NCBI GenBank assembly: GCA_963793425.1
Contig: CAWCAG010000005.1
Span: 1,120,001-1,184,000 of the forward strand
Length of the DNA stretch: 64,000 nucleotides
Source: an uncultured cyanobacterium
GTDB taxonomy: Bacteria > Cyanobacteriota > Cyanobacteriia > Cyanobacteriales > CAWCAG01
Direction: 5' to 3'
The notes beneath the pieces were generated by a model. The model was given only the letters and a program-made list of their open reading frames with translations, was not told the DNA's origin and ran no database searches. Below are positions 10,869-20,412 of the stretch, piece after piece. Numbering within the stretch: the first letter of the stretch is position 1; every line of letters begins with the position of its first letter. Made by a program: the position numbers and the translations under genes.

Positions 10869-11507
10869 TATTCTGGCCTCTTCAGTTCAACCGTTAAGTC
10901 CCAACGATCTTGAATAATATCTGGTGAATGAGTAGCCATTAAAATATCTAAGTCTGCAAGTTTAGTTATTTCTTTTAAATCCTCTAAAAACTGAATCTGC
11001 CATCCTACATGAAGAGAAAGTTCAGGTTCATCAATCATTACTAATGAGTTAGGTTGAACTTTAAACAGTAATTCATATAAAAGGACTAGTTCATGTTGTT
11101 CGCCTGATGAGAGATCAGTTGGTGAAAGTTTTTTTGCCTCAGTAGATGAATCATCATAGAGTGTTGCGAAAATAAATCCTTTGTCTTTGCTAAACTTTAT
11201 CTCTTTATAAGAGTAAGCAAATTTCTTATTGATAATTCTCCTTAGTAAGTCAATTTTTCTGGCAGTTTCCGCAAATACATTTAGTTTTTTCTCTACATTT
11301 TCAACATAGACAGATAAAGCATTTTTAGTACTTTCATCTATGTCTTGAGCTTGAATTTGAAATTCTGCTTCTTCTTCTTTATCTAAAAGTCCTACTTCTA
11401 TAAGACGAGAACGAGTTGACTCCAATTTATTTAATTTTTGACGAAGTTCTTCATCTGTTAAGTCTACCGAGGGTTGCTGTTTAACAACCCTCAAAGGAAA
11501 CGTTCTA
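10868..11507 (-). pseudogene. AAA_15/AAA_21-type ABC ATPase, C-terminal fragment
   Basis: Has signature LSSGEQH, Walker B MIDEPELSLH and H-loop ATHS, but no Walker A; the family-like sequence begins abruptly at RTFPLRVVKQ. Confidence 0.75.
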
Positions 11508-11705
11508 TAATTCTAAATTCCCTAAAAGGAATCTTTTGCAGTTCTGAATATTGGGAATTAAAGAAGCCATTGATGGGTTGACAGTTTGTTTCCATAAACT
11601 AGATTGAATGTCCATCATTTGAGAAACTACTGGCATGAGATTCAGGTGCGATCGCTTACAGTCGTAATTTGAAGTTGACGGCTGAACAAGTGCTGAGAAT
11701 GAGAT

Positions 11706-12248
11706 ATGAATAATTTAACAGACTTTCTATTGAAACGTCCTGGCTATGCCGTCAAGCGCCTCATACCAGAAGATGCAGATATTCTTCAGAGACTATATGA
11801 GCAATGCAGAGAGTTTTTCATCTTAACTGATGGGCTGCCATCTTCACCGACGGCGGCTCGTGAAGAATTTGATGATGTACCAGAAAGCAAAACCCCAGAG
11901 GACGTTTACATCTTTGGCTTGTTTGATGCAGAGAACAACTTATTAGGCGCGATCGCAGCAGTGCAGCACTATCCTGATACCCAAACTTGGTGGATTGGGC
12001 TAATGATACTTGCTCCTGAATACAGATGTCAAGGCTTAGGAGCAGATTTTTACAGGGCATTTGAGCATTGGATTGCAGCCCAGGGAATATCCCAAATATC
12101 TTTGGTAGCCCTTGAAGAAAACAAGCTAGGGTTGCAGTTTTGGCAGAAAATGGGGTTCGAGGTGATTCGCAAAACACCCCCGCGACAATACAAAGCCAAA
12201 ACCCATGAGGTTTATGTATTAAGCCGTGCAATTGGTAGAATTGGTTAA
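11706..12248 (+). CDS. GNAT family N-acetyltransferase
   Basis: IGLMILAPEYRCQGLG acetyl-CoA motif; N...FWQKMGF. Confidence 0.9.
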   Translation: MNNLTDFLLKRPGYAVKRLIPEDADILQRLYEQCREFFILTDGLPSSPTAAREEFDDVPESKTPEDVYIFGLFDAENNLLGAIAAVQHYPDTQTWWIGLMILAPEYRCQGLGADFYRAFEHWIAAQGISQISLVALEENKLGLQFWQKMGFEVIRKTPPRQYKAKTHEVYVLSRAIGRIG

Positions 12249-12352
12249 GCCACAAGCAGAAGTGACTATGAAGCCATGAAGTAAAAATCAATTCTCCAGC
12301 CTGGGGATCTTTTTGCAATGGAGTTCTTTTTCTTTTGAACTTCCCATTAGAT

Positions 12353-13338
12353 TTAGACAGGTAGAGAAGTAGGAAAAGTAAAAGAAGGAGAGAGATTTAA
12401 TAAAGTAGGATTTATGTAATCGCTTTGCATACCATAGTCGTACATTGCATACTCTATTTGGAGAATGAGGCGATCTTGTTTTTTGGGGGTAATTCCTTTG
12501 TGGAAATAAAGGGGATCTTCAACAAAACCAAAACCTGCTTCACCACAAATAGTCAGGATATTTTCCTGCCCATAATATTGAGCTATTTCTACATCTGAAT
12601 ACCCTCTACGAATTAGTTCGTGAGTTAACTTTTTTCTCGGCAGACTGTACGTAACAAAAACATGAGGCCCGCTCTCGTCATCTACTTTAGTGATGTAGAA
12701 GAAAAATTTCAAGAAACGAGAATCATCTAAATCATAATGAAAAACTTGGGCAGCTTTACGTTGGCTAAAAAAGTCTGTGTTTCTAGCAAAACTCCACCAC
12801 AACTGGTTGCCAATGTGGTAAGGTTGTGTTCCTAAATATTGCTCTGCGATCGCTAATAATTTAGGATCACGGGCTAATTTGGCAATTCCAGGACAATTTA
12901 AACCTGTATTAAAATAGTTTCCGGTAGAAAGGTTTTGTTGTATATATGATCAGGGAGATATTCTTTTTGCCCATAATAAAAACCTTGTTGAGCTTTTCTA
13001 TTCCCATAGCAAGGACTGTTTAAAGCGAAATCAAGAATTTCTTGACGCAAGTTTGCTGGTAAATTAATTCCCAGAGAAATACCCTGTGTTGTTAAAGAAG
13101 TGACAACTTGCTCTATGCTTGATTCACTAAATAAAGTCTGAGTTTGAGTAATACTTTTTGAGGGAGAATAAGAGAATTGTCGCCAAGAATTGAATAAAGT
13201 GCGTATGAATGTGAAGCTACATAAATAGCGCATAAATAACCATTGAGGATTAAGAGTTAAACCTTTATAAAGTTCAACTGAGTGTTCTCGCAAGCTATAT
13301 AATCTATGGGTTAGTTTGGGGATTAATTTTACTATCAT
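12353..13338 (-). pseudogene. PhyH-like 2OG-Fe(II) dioxygenase, frameshifted
   Basis: FHYDLDD..FLKFFFY..VD..SGPH and HKG motifs. The two ORFs join into one frame if 2 nt are removed from the TA tract at 12941-12947. Confidence 0.75.
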
Positions 13339-13741
13339 GTAACTTAGGTTAGAGAGTGTTGGCTTGAATGTTCTGACAATAATAACTAATTATAAGTTTC
13401 TTGGTTAAAAGAGTTGTAAAGTAAGATTATCAGCTAGTGTTTTACTCTCAATGACAGAAATAAAGAAGAGTAAAAAGGGTTTAAATTTGTTAGGAAAAAC
13501 GGCAGGATATTCAAGCATAATTTAATGATTGACAATTGCCATGTCCACCGCAGGCTTGGCCTACGCAACTTTAACCAGTCAAAAACGTGCAGTATTTGAA
13601 GCTTCAGAAATTTATTTAATGAGGGGAAAACAACCAATAAAAGTAGGAAAAACAAAAAGTGTAGGGCAAGGTAATTTGTCTTTAATAGCACAAAATGCAG
13701 GACACATTCGTTTACTGCATTAAAACAATCTTTAGCGCTGT

Positions 13742-13831
13742 TTAGTCAGTGCTAAATTTAGCCATAATGGTAAGTTTGTTATTACTTGATCACGGGATGG
13801 GGCAGCGAAGGTGTGGAAGTTTGAACCCTAA
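13742..13831 (+). pseudogene. Single WD40-repeat remnant
   Basis: Translates LVSAKFSHNGKFVIT*SRDGAAKVWKFEP*. Confidence 0.55.
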
Positions 13832-13843
13832 TGCTTTCCTCTT

Positions 13844-14629
13844 TCAGTTTGCTTCAAAGCCATACTCCTCAAACACGGCTTTAGCTTCAGCAGAGAAAAG
13901 AAATTCAACCAATTCCTTAGCTACTTCAGGGTTGGCACTATCCTTAACCACGGCGACAGGATAAACAATGGCAGAGTGACTGCTTTCTGGGGCGATCGCA
14001 ACTATTTTTACATCAGGGGCAACCGTAGCATCAGTTAAATAAACAATTCCGGCATCAACATTACCTGTGGCCACATAATAGAGAACCTGACGCACATCTT
14101 TACCATAGACCACTTTAGCTTGAATAGCAGTACTAATCTGCAAACTCTTGAGAATTTCCTGGGCATACTTACCAGCAGGGACACTTTCCGGTTCCCCTAA
14201 AGCAATCTTCTTTACTGCTTCGGTGGTTAAATCGGCAAAGCTATTAATGGTTTGGTTATCCTGGGGAACAATTAATACCATTTGATTTTCAAGTAAATTC
14301 TGGCGAGTCCCCTTCAGCAACAAACCTTTATTTTGCAAAGTATCCATCTGTTGGCTTGCAGCAGCAAGAAAAACATCTACCGCCGCACCCTGTTCAATTT
14401 GTCGTTGTAGAGAACCAGAAGAAGCAAAGTTATAGGTGATAGTGGTTTGAGGGTGCTTCTGTTCGTATAAAGGCTTGATGGTTTCTAAAGCATCCTTAAG
14501 ACTAGCTGCTGCGGAGATTGTTAATTCTGTGTTTTGCGAAAGATTATTTTGACGACAGCTAATCAATAAAAAAGTTAAGCAGATTCCCAAAAATGCCAAT
14601 CGCCAATAATTTTTCTTGTTGTAACCCAT
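13844..14629 (-). CDS. modA: Molybdate ABC transporter substrate-binding lipoprotein
   Basis: Lipobox LISC, ISAAASL, FASSGSLQRQIEQGA, P.SVPAGKYA, DAGIVY.TD. Confidence 0.95.
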   Translation of the reverse strand: MGYNKKNYWRLAFLGICLTFLLISCRQNNLSQNTELTISAAASLKDALETIKPLYEQKHPQTTITYNFASSGSLQRQIEQGAAVDVFLAAASQQMDTLQNKGLLLKGTRQNLLENQMVLIVPQDNQTINSFADLTTEAVKKIALGEPESVPAGKYAQEILKSLQISTAIQAKVVYGKDVRQVLYYVATGNVDAGIVYLTDATVAPDVKIVAIAPESSHSAIVYPVAVVKDSANPEVAKELVEFLFSAEAKAVFEEYGFEAN

Positions 14630-14738
14630 AAAATTCAGTTTAACAATTAGCAACTAGCAACTAGCCATTAACAATTAGCCATTAGCCATTAGCCAAATAT
14701 AAAGGTAAAATAGTGAGTCTCAACAATCTGCTCTACTA

Positions 14739-16076
14739 ATGCCAACTCAACCTACTAAAATTATTGTATTAGATGACGACCCCACAGGTTCTCAAACCGT
14801 TCATAGTTGTTTGTTATTGATGCACTGGGATGTAGAAACCTTGAGGTTAGGCATTCAGGATCAATCTCCTATCTTTTTCATCCTTACTAATACCCGTGCC
14901 TTAACTCCCCAAAAAGCAGAGGCTATGACGCGGGAAGTTTGCCGAAATCTTAACCAAGCTTTGAAAGCAGAAGAGGTAAAAGATTTTCTGGTGGTTAGTC
15001 GTTCTGATTCTACCTTGCGGGGACATTATCCGGTAGAAACCGATGTGATTGCTGAAGAATTAGGGCCTTTTGATGGTCATTTTCTCACCCCAGCTTTCTT
15101 TGAAGGGGGCAGAATCACTCGTGATAGTGTACATTACCTGATGGTTGCGGGAAAGGAAGTCCCCGTCCATGAAACAGAGTTTGCCCAGGATTCTGTTTTT
15201 GGCTACCACCATAGCTATTTACCAGATTATGTAGCAGAGAAAACCCAAGGTAGAATTAAGAGTGAGGAAGTAGAACGCTTTTTATTACCAGATATTCGCC
15301 AAGGTTGTCAGGAGAAATTAAAGAAATTAACGGATAATCATTGTGGTGTGGTGGACGCAGAAAGCCAAGCAGATTTAGACCGTTTTGCCACAGATGTCTT
15401 AGCTGTAGCCACAGAAGGAAAACGCTTTTTATTCCGCAGTGCCGCTAGTTTATTAACTTCCTTAGCCAATTTAGGTCAACAGCCTGTTGCAGCCAAAGAT
15501 ATGGCCCAGTATACACCGACAGATCAACCCGGTGTAGTTTTGGTAGGTTCCCATGTTGAGAAAACTACTCAACAATTAACGCAATTACTGAAAGAATCAG
15601 AAACGGTTGGTATAGAGGTAGAAGTAGCTAAGTTAAGGGATGATTCTCAAATCAAAGATGAATTGTTACAAAAAGTCCTCACAGAAGTAAAAAAAGTTCA
15701 TTCTCAAGGCAAAACTCCCGTTATTTATACTAGTCGAGAAGAATTAACTTTTGAGAATATCCAGAAACGCTTAGATTTTGGTGCAGATGTTTCTCAGCTA
15801 TTAATGGATATTGTTAAGGGATTACCGAAAGACATTAGCTTTTTAATTAGTAAAGGAGGAATCACTTCCAACGATGTTCTTAGTACTGGTTTAAACTTAA
15901 GATCCGCTAGACTATTAGGTCAAATTCTACCCGGATGTTCTTTAGTTAAAACAGATTCTAATCACCCCCAATTCCCCAATCTCCCCGTAGTATTATTCCC
16001 CGGTAACGTCGGTGATGAGCAAGGGTTAGCAACCGCTTATAAACGACTAAGGAGTGACAAGGTGACTGGAAAGTAA
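14739..16076 (+). CDS. Four-carbon acid sugar kinase family protein (DUF1537/YgbK-like)
   Basis: VLDDDPTGSQTVH, SRSDSTLRGH, ISKGGITS, FPGNVG. Confidence 0.9.
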   Translation: MPTQPTKIIVLDDDPTGSQTVHSCLLLMHWDVETLRLGIQDQSPIFFILTNTRALTPQKAEAMTREVCRNLNQALKAEEVKDFLVVSRSDSTLRGHYPVETDVIAEELGPFDGHFLTPAFFEGGRITRDSVHYLMVAGKEVPVHETEFAQDSVFGYHHSYLPDYVAEKTQGRIKSEEVERFLLPDIRQGCQEKLKKLTDNHCGVVDAESQADLDRFATDVLAVATEGKRFLFRSAASLLTSLANLGQQPVAAKDMAQYTPTDQPGVVLVGSHVEKTTQQLTQLLKESETVGIEVEVAKLRDDSQIKDELLQKVLTEVKKVHSQGKTPVIYTSREELTFENIQKRLDFGADVSQLLMDIVKGLPKDISFLISKGGITSNDVLSTGLNLRSARLLGQILPGCSLVKTDSNHPQFPNLPVVLFPGNVGDEQGLATAYKRLRSDKVTGK

Positions 16077-16102
16077 TAAGTAATAAGTAATAAGTAATAA
16101 GT
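16071..16102. repeat. Heptamer tandem repeat (AAGTAAT) x4.5 overlapping the upstream stop codon
   Basis: Directly visible. Confidence 0.9.
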
Positions 16103-16168
16103 TAAGAATATACCATTCCCGATTCTCTCTTTATCTAGCAGATGTCTAATGTTTAATGACCAATCCAA

Positions 16169-16201
16169 GTAGGGTGCTGTTAGCCGTAGGCGTAACGCAC
16201 C
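16169..16201. repeat. GTAG-headed REP-like palindrome
   Basis: GTAG-GGTGC-t-GTTA-GCC-gta-GGC-g-TAAC-GCACC. Confidence 0.65.
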
Positions 16202-16212
16202 ATCGAATCAGA

Positions 16213-16254
16213 TAAATGTTAAATGTTAAATGTTAAATGTTAAATGTTAAATGT
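16213..16254. repeat. Heptamer tandem repeat (TAAATGT) x6 containing the minC start codon
   Basis: Directly visible. Confidence 0.9.
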
Positions 16255-17005
16255 AAAACGTTCCCAGGTAAGTTTAAAAAGTCAAGGAGAACAGCTACAG
16301 TTAATTTTACCTAGCCAACCTGTAGAACCTGGAGAAAATAATTGGTCTGAAGTTTGGTTGCAATTAAAGCATCGCTTAAATGGTAGCGAAAAGTTTTGGC
16401 AACCGGGTACAAAAGTCCATTTAGAAGCGGAAAACCAGTTACTTGATGGTAGACAACTCCAAGCTATTTCTGATGCCCTGCAAGCAGTGGAATTAAAGCT
16501 GGAGAAGGTTTATACCTCAAGACGACAAACGGCAGTGGCTGCGGCGACGGTAGGTTATTGCGTAGAACAAAATGTTCCTGCTTCTTCATTTACTTCTGCC
16601 CCAGAAGCAAATGATAGCCCACCTTGGGCCGAACCGTTATATTTACAAACTACCATCCGTTCGGGAGTAGAAATACGTCACCCCGGTACGGTAATTGTTT
16701 TAGGAGATGTTAACCCAGGAGGGGCGATTATTGCCGCAGGAGATATTTTTGTTTGGGGCCATTTACGGGGTATTGCCCATGCTGGTTCTCAAGGGAATCG
16801 CCAATGTCGGATTATGGCTTTACAAATGAAGCCTACCCAGTTGAGAATTGCCGATGATGTAGCTAGAGGCCCCGCCCAAAATCCTCAGCAACTTGAACCG
16901 GAATTAGCCTATGTAACTAAATCGGGTATTCATCTTACCAAAGCTCTTGATTTTATGAGAACTCACTCTTTTGCTGATCAAAAGGTTGGTTGGACGAATT
17001 CTTGA
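16244..17005 (+). CDS. minC: Septum site-determining protein MinC
   Basis: TIRSGVEIRHPGTVIVLGDVNPG, VWGHLRGIAHAG, PTQLRIA; first gene of the minCDE order. Confidence 0.93.
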   Translation: MLNVKRSQVSLKSQGEQLQLILPSQPVEPGENNWSEVWLQLKHRLNGSEKFWQPGTKVHLEAENQLLDGRQLQAISDALQAVELKLEKVYTSRRQTAVAAATVGYCVEQNVPASSFTSAPEANDSPPWAEPLYLQTTIRSGVEIRHPGTVIVLGDVNPGGAIIAAGDIFVWGHLRGIAHAGSQGNRQCRIMALQMKPTQLRIADDVARGPAQNPQQLEPELAYVTKSGIHLTKALDFMRTHSFADQKVGWTNS

Positions 17006-17039
17006 CTAAAATATTGAAAATCAAAAACTAAAAATTAAT

Positions 17040-17834
17040 ATGGTTAGAACTATTGTCATCACTTCCGGTAAAGGAGGGGTGGGTAAAACTACTGTTACTG
17101 CTAATTTAGGGGCGGCGATCGCGAAAAGGGGTCATAAAGTAGCCTTGGTTGATGCAGATTTTGGACTGAGAAACTTAGATTTACTCCTCGGTTTAGAAAA
17201 TCGGGTTGTTTATACTGCCGTGGAAGTTATTTCTGGGGAGTGTCGTATAGAACAAGCTTTAGTTAAGGATAAACGGCAACCGGGACTCGTTTTGTTACCA
17301 GCAGCACAAACCCGTAACAAAGAAGCTGTCACCCCAGATCAAATGAAGGCAACTATTGCCCAATTGAGTAAAAAATTTGATTATATTCTCGTTGATAGTC
17401 CCGCCGGCATTGAATTAGGTTTTCGCAATGCGATCGCAGCAGCTAATGAAGCTATCATTGTTACTACCCCAGAAGTATCGGCGGTGCGAGATGCAGATCG
17501 GGTGATTGGTTTGATTGAAGCCAATAATATCAAAAAAATTCGCTTAATTGTCAATCGCCTCAAGCCAGCTATGGTACAGGTAAATCAAATGATGAGTGTA
17601 GAAGATGTCTTAGAAATTCTCGCTGTACCTTTAATTGGAGTTGTTCCCGATGATGAGAGGGTTATTGTTGCTAGCAATAAAGGCGAACCCTTAGTTTTAT
17701 CAGAACAAATCACCTTACCAGGCATGGCTTTTGATAATATTGCTCGTCGTCTAGAAGGGGAGAAAGTTCCGTTTTTAGATTTAATGGCAGCCCACGATAA
17801 TATTCTTAACCGTGTTAAGCGTTGGTTTCAGTAA
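17040..17834 (+). CDS. minD: Septum site-determining ATPase MinD
   Basis: TSGKGGVGKTT, DFGLRNLDLLLGLE, DSPAGIE. Confidence 0.98.
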   Translation: MVRTIVITSGKGGVGKTTVTANLGAAIAKRGHKVALVDADFGLRNLDLLLGLENRVVYTAVEVISGECRIEQALVKDKRQPGLVLLPAAQTRNKEAVTPDQMKATIAQLSKKFDYILVDSPAGIELGFRNAIAAANEAIIVTTPEVSAVRDADRVIGLIEANNIKKIRLIVNRLKPAMVQVNQMMSVEDVLEILAVPLIGVVPDDERVIVASNKGEPLVLSEQITLPGMAFDNIARRLEGEKVPFLDLMAAHDNILNRVKRWFQ

Positions 17835-17920
17835 GTAATAGGTAAGAGGGGATGAAGAAAAGTGAATAGGAATTTTTTTAGACTTAATTTACAACAAATG
17901 CTATCAAAGGGGTCATCTTC

Positions 17921-18196
17921 ATGATCAGCGAACTTCTCGAACGACTTTTTAATTTTAAATCAACCAGTAGTCGCAGCCAAGCGAAAAATCGCCTTAAGCT
18001 CATTATTGCTCATGATCGCGCCGGTTTAAGCCCAGAAGTACTTAATTCTATGCGCCAAGAAATCTTGGAAGTAGTAGCCCGCTATGCAGAAATAGACATG
18101 GATCATTCTGAATTTTCTTTAGAAAGCGACCAAAGAGCTACAGCACTGATTGCTAGTTTACCAATTAGACGCATTAAAGAGCAATCAACTAATTGA
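17921..18196 (+). CDS. minE: Cell division topological specificity factor MinE
   Basis: [13 protein letters not shown]...EILEVVARY. Confidence 0.96.
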   Translation: MISELLERLFNFKSTSSRSQAKNRLKLIIAHDRAGLSPEVLNSMRQEILEVVARYAEIDMDHSEFSLESDQRATALIASLPIRRIKEQSTN

Positions 18197-18563
18197 TTTT
18201 CTTATCTAAGATTCAGTTCTTTTTAGATAAAACTCGCTAAAATATATTCTATCGTTGGAAATTATCTTAGCTATAAGAACAAAAACTGAGGCAAATGATA
18301 AATGCTATTGGGAACTTTATTAAATTCACCTAAGTCAAAACCGACTAAATAGGCAAAAGTTTACAACTAAAAAGCTAAAGCAATTAGCCAGCTTAGCAAA
18401 AAATTATGTCCTTAAAAAGCTTTATTAAGAAGACTTTTTTAAAGGCTTATTTTTCTTTTTTTTCTGCTTCATATCTCTAATTAACTCTTAAGAGTTTTAT
18501 AGCTACTTATTCTTAAGTTAGTTAATCAATTTATTAATCTACCAGGTAACGAGTCTCTATTGT

Positions 18564-20099
18564 ATGAACATCTCTTTTTATAAACATTTCTCAACCTATT
18601 TAGTTAGTGCCGCAACATTATTTGTTGGTACAACCTTTATTCCCTCAGCCCAAGCAACTACTCTTACTGGCTTTTCCACCAGTGGCAATCAAATGGGCGG
18701 CATGAAAGTAACAGTAAATTTCTTCAATGGTACTTCTCAAACTTCCACTTGGCAACCTTTAGGGGGAGAATTAGGAGGGGCTTCTGGTTCTGGTTGGTCA
18801 CTCAATCAAAGTGGAAATACTTATGGTTCTTTCAATAATCCTTGGAACTTTAGCTATACAGGTGGTAGTAGCGTAGCTGCTTTATTCATCGACGCTGTTG
18901 ACGGCAACACAGTTTTTGATATTGTTTCCAGTAACACCTCAAGCCAGAATACACCAAATTCTGCTGAAGGTTGGCCATTTCAAACCTCCTATGGCACTGC
19001 CCCTAGCCGTTATGGTTACTCAGTTCCTATTGATATTTCCAAAGGAGACTTATTTGGCAGATTATCTCTATTTTGGGATAGTGGTTTTTCCGGTAGTATG
19101 GGCTTTCTTGCCGATACAGACAGTGGTAAGGCTGATGATCCTGTAACAGCAAGAGATCCTATACCTGCTTTGCCTCCTCCACCTAATGTTGCACCCACCG
19201 CAGGTATATCTATCCCTAGAATCAATGAAGGACAAAATGCCACTGCTTACCTTTCCGCCACTGATCCTAATACAGATAGTATTAATTTTTACCTCAATGG
19301 TAATTATGTAGGGACAGACGCAACTACCTCTGGCACTCGCACTTTAAATACTAATTTAGGCTTTTTTGCTGATAATGGCACTGTTGGCTACACTAATCAA
19401 GTTCAAGACTCTCAGGGGGCTTGGAGTGCTGTAGTTGCTGCGAACCTCATTGTCGATAATGTTGCCCCTGTTCTCACTCAATTTGACCTTTCTGCCTATA
19501 CAATCAATGAAGGTGAATCTGTATCAGCTTTCTTGAGTAGTACAGATCCTGGGGCAGATTCCATTAACTTTTTTCTAAATAGTGGTTATATTGGTACTGA
19601 TTTAAACACATCTGGTACTCGTAGTTTTAATCATGATTTAGGAACCTTTGCTGATGAAGGAATTTTTACTTATACAGCAAAATCTCAAGATAAAGATGGC
19701 GATTTTAGTGAAGAAATAATCAGAAACTTAAAGGTTTTAAATGTTGCCCCAACTATAGTTAGTTTGACATCAGATTTAGAAATTTACCAAGAAGAATTCT
19801 TCATGTTTGATGCTGTGGCTACTGACCCAGGAGTTAATGATATTTTGACCTATATGTGGGACTTGGATGGGGATGGTGAATATAATGATTTCCTTGGTAA
19901 TAGCGGCAATTGGTCTTTTACTGATGTGGGGATTCAAACTGTTGGTTTAAAAGTAACTGATGGCGATGGTGGCGAAGCTTTTTCTTCTTTTAATGTTACG
20001 GTCAATCAAGTACCGGAACCCTCTTCTATTCTTGGTATTTTGGCGTTAGGGGCGGGAGGCTTTTTGATGAAACGTAAAAAGAATCAGTCTTCTCATTAG
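18564..20099 (+). CDS. Secreted PEP-CTERM protein with Ig-like/PKD repeats
   Basis: Signal peptide ending AQA; three NVAP-initiated repeats; WDLDGDG PKD-like motif; C-terminal VPEPSSILG-TM-KRKK. Confidence 0.88.
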   Translation: MNISFYKHFSTYLVSAATLFVGTTFIPSAQATTLTGFSTSGNQMGGMKVTVNFFNGTSQTSTWQPLGGELGGASGSGWSLNQSGNTYGSFNNPWNFSYTGGSSVAALFIDAVDGNTVFDIVSSNTSSQNTPNSAEGWPFQTSYGTAPSRYGYSVPIDISKGDLFGRLSLFWDSGFSGSMGFLADTDSGKADDPVTARDPIPALPPPPNVAPTAGISIPRINEGQNATAYLSATDPNTDSINFYLNGNYVGTDATTSGTRTLNTNLGFFADNGTVGYTNQVQDSQGAWSAVVAANLIVDNVAPVLTQFDLSAYTINEGESVSAFLSSTDPGADSINFFLNSGYIGTDLNTSGTRSFNHDLGTFADEGIFTYTAKSQDKDGDFSEEIIRNLKVLNVAPTIVSLTSDLEIYQEEFFMFDAVATDPGVNDILTYMWDLDGDGEYNDFLGNSGNWSFTDVGIQTVGLKVTDGDGGEAFSSFNVTVNQVPEPSSILGILALGAGGFLMKRKKNQSSH

Positions 20100-20144
20100 T
20101 AAATACAAGGGGGGCATCTCAATATTTGTAAAAACACGCTTATT

Positions 20145-20358
20145 TTAAAAAGAATCTTCCTCTTCTAAATCATCCGAAGAGTTCTGAACAATGAAAAAGC
20201 AACGACTATACTTCGCCCCTGGCTCTAAATTCCAACTACCAACCCAAGGATTTACTGGATTGTTATCCTCTGCTGTAAAGTTTACAGCAACCTCATACTG
20301 ACCAGGTTCAAGGATATATCTTCCCACCAGCCCCTTGTCAGGGCAGGATTCTGGAGGT
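20145..20358 (-). pseudogene. Probable 3' fragment of a hypothetical gene abutting an IS-end remnant
   Basis: Open frame PPESCPDKGLVGRYILEPGQYEV...YSRCFFIV with no good start; begins at the IS-like end. Confidence 0.35.
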
Positions 20359-20407
20359 TCACCGAAAATAATGGGTTTGAAGCCCCGTCCTTTTAGGACG
20401 GCTTTTT
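20359..20407 (-). mobile_element. Solitary IS200/IS605-like right-end hairpin (may also terminate malQ transcription)
   Basis: Minus strand reads AAAAGCCGTCCT-AAA-AGGACGGGGCTTCAAACCCATTATTTTCGGTGA, resembling cyanobacterial IS605-family ends from memory. Confidence 0.5.
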
Positions 20408-20412
20408 ATTGA

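Noticed and set aside
13434..13723. Overlapping short ORFs 13434-13691 (-) and 13529-13723 (+)
   Set aside because: No recognisable motifs; probably debris in a decayed region.
5446..16254. Heptamer arrays as CRISPR arrays
   Set aside because: They are 7-nt tandem units without spacers and no cas genes are present; these are ordinary cyanobacterial STRR-like repeats.
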